Of a stretch of DNA of 64,000 nt, positions 59,401-64,000 are shown one piece after another (positions within the stretch are counted from its first letter, which is position 1; each line of letters opens with the position of its first letter). The position numbers were made by a program, and so were the translations under genes. A model generated the notes under the pieces. It made no database searches, had not been told where the DNA came from, and saw only the letters and a list, made by a program, of their open reading frames with translations. Source of the DNA: Ascidiella aspersa (taxonomy: Eukaryota). The stretch is from NCBI GenBank assembly GCA_963924565.1, contig OZ004609.1:21266001-21330000 (forward strand), read 5' to 3'.

Positions 59401-62400
59401 ATATATCGCTGTTAAAGTGTTTATGTAAGGAATTCAATACATCTACTCTTTGGAAATTACTCGCTAGGGTAGTAAACCAAAGCACTTAAGCAAACATGGG
59501 CCGGTAGTGAATAAACCCTAGTGTTTAACAGTGATCCCAATGTTTACTTTCTCTTTTTAAAAGACAATATAGAAATCTTCAAAATATGTACACACAAGCA
59601 TTAATGATGGTGCAAAGCATATCATGACTATTAATGATAAACATGTTGAAGAGCAAAAAAACCTCAAGTGTGAACCGAATAAACTACCACCAGGTTTTAC
59701 TACAACCAACTAAGGCACCCTATGAGAAGAACACAGCTTAAAAAGTTACGATCTCTAGATGGTAAACACAATCAACTAGATGTCATGACAAGCCAACAAT
59801 GCACCACAGGTTGAATTTTTTTCTTGAGTTGCATGTATTTAAATTATAATTATATACTTTTTAACATTGTTAAATTTTAGAATGACCATTAAGGTTTGTT
59901 AATTAGGTTTTGGATTTGTGTTTTATAAAATGCGAATGTTAATGTCAAATCACTACACAAGCTGCAATTTTTACATAACAGTTATACGGTAAAGTGGTGT
60001 TATACCAATGTTGTGAATTCAATACACAAGCCAACAAAGATCAACCTCAAATTTTGTCACAATAAAGCAACTGTAATATATTTTCATAGCTATGTTAGAA
60101 TTAGAACAAGCAAGTTCTACATCAAATTTTACAAAAACTATTACCTGATGAAAGTTGTCTTTGTCCAACTGTCCTACCATGTGCCAATGTGAATCTGCAA
60201 ATAATTTTAGCCAGATAACATAAGAACTGATTCCTTGGATTAAGTATTATATAAAAAGCTGTCAAGGTATCAAATATTTAAAAAAAATTGTCCAGGGATC
60301 TGTAGCTAGTGATTATAACTTACCGTCAGCTTCTTTTGGATCTTGAAAAATGACTTTGGTGCCCCTGTGAAAATTCCTTCCAATGATGAACATTTCAACA
60401 TTGCCTTTTGCCGAACAGCGTTCCAAGCTCTTTTTCGTGATCTCAGGTTGCCCAGGTGGTTGAGCTGTATATTAACACATTTATATTTGCATTTATGGTT
60501 AATATGCGCAAATTACTACAAATCTCTGGTGTGACTTGAACTTTTTAGTAAATTACAACAGGCAACTTCGAAGGTTTGATGTACTGTCAAACCTAAAGCA
60601 GCAACATACAAATTGCATTAAAAGAAAAACAAGAAAAAATGTTTTTAATGAATTGTGCCTAAAATTAACTGGACTTTAAGATTTATTTGGTTTGACTTAT
60701 CTCTTCATTGCAACAGATATACTCTGTAGTATAAAGAAACTAGTAAAACAAATATATTTCTCGAGATAAGTTTAAACTACTTTGTTGGAATAGCATGTAT
60801 TCTCTTGTGTCACAAGTTTTAGTTATAATTACACAAGGTATTATGTGTAAGGAACAAAATCACAACTTCAAAACCAACCATTTACACATGGTTTATTTAT
60901 TTAAACAGCCAAAGTACTAAAAACCTGTCAACATAAAACTGACCCACAATAAATGCAGCACATTTATTTATGTGAAATACAAAATGTTAAAGTGGCTATT
61001 TAAAATGATAAAGAAGTTGAAGGACATATCTGCAAACTCTAATGGTTTTGTGAGTGAAATGTAGTGATAAAAAATAAACATCTTGACAGTTCATTTTTTA
61101 AATTAGATTCTAATGGAGTGTCACATTTATTATGGCCAATCTTCTACATTTCATAACGATAAAACTTACTACAGCTGATACGATTGGAAGCAACTTGCAG
61201 AATGACTGGGTTTGGTGCATTGGGGACATCTTCAAGAACAACACGAAAGACAAGTTTAACAGTTTGATTTCTCTTCTTTGCCCTCGTTACCCCGATTCTG
61301 GCTTCAACATCTGCATTTCTTAGCTTAAGTATTCCAACACAGTCAACACTGCATAAAACACAATCTTATGATTAGTGTCAGATCTTACTGTTACTGAATA
61401 TTAAACAATTATTTGTAACAAAACATAACTTGGCAAATTTAGGTGTGAGACAGTGCTGATAAACAAACGAGTGTTAAAACATAAATTCTTTGTTTACCTC
61501 ACATCTTCTTTTGGGTCAAATGGAATTTTTATAACCTTTGTACCATTTATGTCAACCTCATCACAAGGTGTTGTGTTTCTTCCAGTCACTTTACACGCTT
61601 GGTAAAATCCGTGGGGACGAATTTTGTCCTCTGACTCCACTCCTACGTAAACTTGTAAAGTGGTCTTGTTGGTATAGCCCTTCAACTACAGAAATAAAAT
61701 GTATTTAATCACAAAACCCCTAACAGGAAAAACATTTAAATATTGCAAAACACAATCAAGACTGAAGTTAAATGATTGATTCCTGAGAAAGACAACGATT
61801 CTGATTTAAAAATATATTTTAATGAGAAAAATTATAATTGCTCTGGTTAATATTCACAACTGTGCAGCTTTTTGCCTAGTTTGACACTACTAGACTACTT
61901 GAAAAATCAACAATAGTTTTACTCACACAGCAGGAAGCAACAGAATTAAATATATTTTTAAACCTTTAACCACTTGACAAATTTGAGATCTGACACATAG
62001 CATAGGGAAAAAAGCAGGGATAAATAAAACAGCGGCTAGCCTCCGTTAGTAAAGACATGCATAAAAATGTACAAGGCTTTCAATTTAATAGTTCTATAAA
62101 GTTTGACAGAAACTTGTTTCTATTTAAATTTAAAGGCCAGTGCCACTTACCGCTTAGAAGGGCCTTGCAAGGGCAGCAGTGATTAAACAGGCTGTCCATG
62201 GCCACTACGGTTACAACTTAGGAACCAATCAATAACAAATTGATCGCTTGCTGATATTTTAAACCCCATGAAGTGAGTGCAAAATGAAATTGCGACACAC
62301 CAAAGCAGTCTGAAATATTGAAATCTCACAAGTGTTTTACTCAGGGTTAGTACCTGAACTAAACAATGACACTCTTAAAACATTCCCAAACACATTTTAC

Positions 62401-64000
62401 TTCAACAACCTAATAACAAACTAGATTGTGTTACCAACATAGTGATCCACATAAACTTTTTTTATCAAAAAAGGTTTTCCTCAATAACCTCATATGTATT
62501 GGAAAAGATCACCTTTTTTTCTTATGGTGGTATATAGAATTTTGCCCTAACTTTTGTGACAAACGAGCTTTATTTGGGATATATATTGCAATTTGTTTTT
62601 TAATTGTTCAAAGATCTATTTTTACAACTGTTTTAACCCATGGCCCATCTACATCTTAAGTCACAACAAACAATGCACTATTCTAAACATAGACACTAAA
62701 ATGTTTTTTTATCAACTTTCAAGTTAATGTATTAAAACTCCATTACTAAGGTTAATACGTTACTAATTACGTAAATATAAAAATTGGGCCTTTGGAGTGT
62801 GGCTATTTTAGCAAAATCACTCAAAGTGTATTTGATGTTAACATATTTAGTTGTCTAAAACGGCAAATGTCAAAGCATATTGTGATTTTGAAAAACAAGC
62901 AAACCGCTAATCATGAACTTGTTCTGCTAGGTTTTTCATAGTATTATTTTTTTACTATGTCATAATTTTTGGGAGAAAATAAATTTATGGGAGAAAATAA
63001 ATTTATACTTATATATACTTGCAAAATAGTGGCCATATTGGCTCTAGAACACAACTTGCATTTAAAACTTGAAAAAAACTTTTACTTTTAAATTTGTTTT
63101 GCTCATGCATTTCTGTGAAAAACATGTACAAATGCCAAAAATGTTACGGATTTCAAGAATATTATAAAATAGTACTCCTTAACTATTTGGAAAAGTTACA
63201 TCCTGAATTAAACAACCTAATTTAACAAACAGAAAAAGTAAACTCTAATCACCTCTAGTTTTGGAAAACCTTGCTGGGAAGAATCTTTCACAGGACCGCG
63301 GCTTCCTTCAGTAAGATATCTTGCACGATGTTGTTCCTCTGGTTGAGCCACTATAGTTAAAGTACATCCATGCATTGTAGAGGGATGTTGTACATTAAGT
63401 GCCATAGCTGAATTGGGATTTGCTGCCCTGTGGTGGTGAGTAACCCTACGACGCCCGCTTGTGGGTCTCGCTTGGACTCTGCACACTGGGAAGGTTTGGT
63501 CGCTTGGGGCAACATTAGAATCGATGCCTTGAGCATTCGAGTCCCTAGTAAATAAATGAAAAAATAAACAAAGGCAATTGAAATCATGGCACAATAACAC
63601 ATTTATAAATTATCATTTTCTTGTGTTGAACATATTAGCCTTAAACTTAAACTAACTATGATCTACCTGGTCATGGAAGTATTTTGACTGCTTTCTGATG
63701 CGTTTGAACATCTGCGTGTCATTAAAGCATTTAGGCTTGAATCAGAATTGTTAAATGTTGCACTGTAAGACAGACTATGTCTGGACCTTTGATTTAAACT
63801 TGTAACAGGTGCACTTGAATCCTCAGTTTCGTTAGCTCCAGCCTCATAGCTGGGCGAAGGTGAAGGTATTTGTGAACTCTGCGGAGACTGAAATGGAAAC
63901 TTAGTGGACTCAACATAAAAAGGATGCATTTCCCTCCTTGTCTTTCTGCGCTTTTTCCGGTTACTGTTGGAGGAGTATGGGTCGTCATCTGATGAACCTC
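53498..64000 (-). CDS. NFAT5: NFAT5/TonEBP Rel-homology transcription factor, 5'-truncated by window edge
   Basis: Minus-strand exons >64000-63667, 63544-63253, 61685-61498, 61348-61170, 60464-60324, 60194-60145, 58090-57901, 57713-57606, 57550-55833, 55594-55505 and a tentative terminal exon 53509-53498 (SAR*). NFAT5-diagnostic [52 protein letters not shown] domain, basic [12 protein letters not shown], long Q/S/N-rich C-terminal exon. The 3' end is less certain than the rest. Confidence 0.93.
53884..53902. repeat. (GT)n microsatellite
   Basis: GAGTGTGTGTGTGTGTGTG run. Confidence 0.8.

Overview
Eukaryotic, AT-rich, intron-dense animal DNA; an ascidian/tunicate is my best inference (short GT-AG introns, NFAT5-type Rel domain, an atypical intronless 7TM gene, mosaic CpG depletion), not proven. 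Six protein-coding loci were reconstructed by hand from splice sites and reading frame: the 3' part of a copine (+, 381-9262); an intronless orphan 7TM/GPCR-like gene (-, 12287-13300); a complete 25-coding-exon DNA ligase I (+, 18124-32953); two tandem intronless UCP4/SLC25A27-like mitochondrial carriers (-, 34050-34979 and 40450-41376); and the 3' part of NFAT5 (-, about 53498 to beyond 64000). Introns and spacers are full of non-autonomous DNA transposons (hAT-type MITEs with 8-bp TSDs, several nested, and a 1.87-kb foldback with ~780-bp arms and a 4-bp TSD). Most notable: (1) LIG1 has an in-frame 59-aa basic, acid-free extension ahead of its PIP-box Met, preceded by an abutting micro-uORF, suggesting dual nuclear/mitochondrial LIG1 as in yeast Cdc9 and plants rather than the vertebrate LIG3 solution; (2) a copine whose C2B domain has lost 4 of 5 Ca2+ ligands; (3) a divergent UCP4 duplicate with a D-to-N change at the UCP1 E190-equivalent site; (4) a duplicated tRNA-shaped Pol III unit with an aberrant anticodon arm. 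Most short ORFs in the supplied track are spurious.
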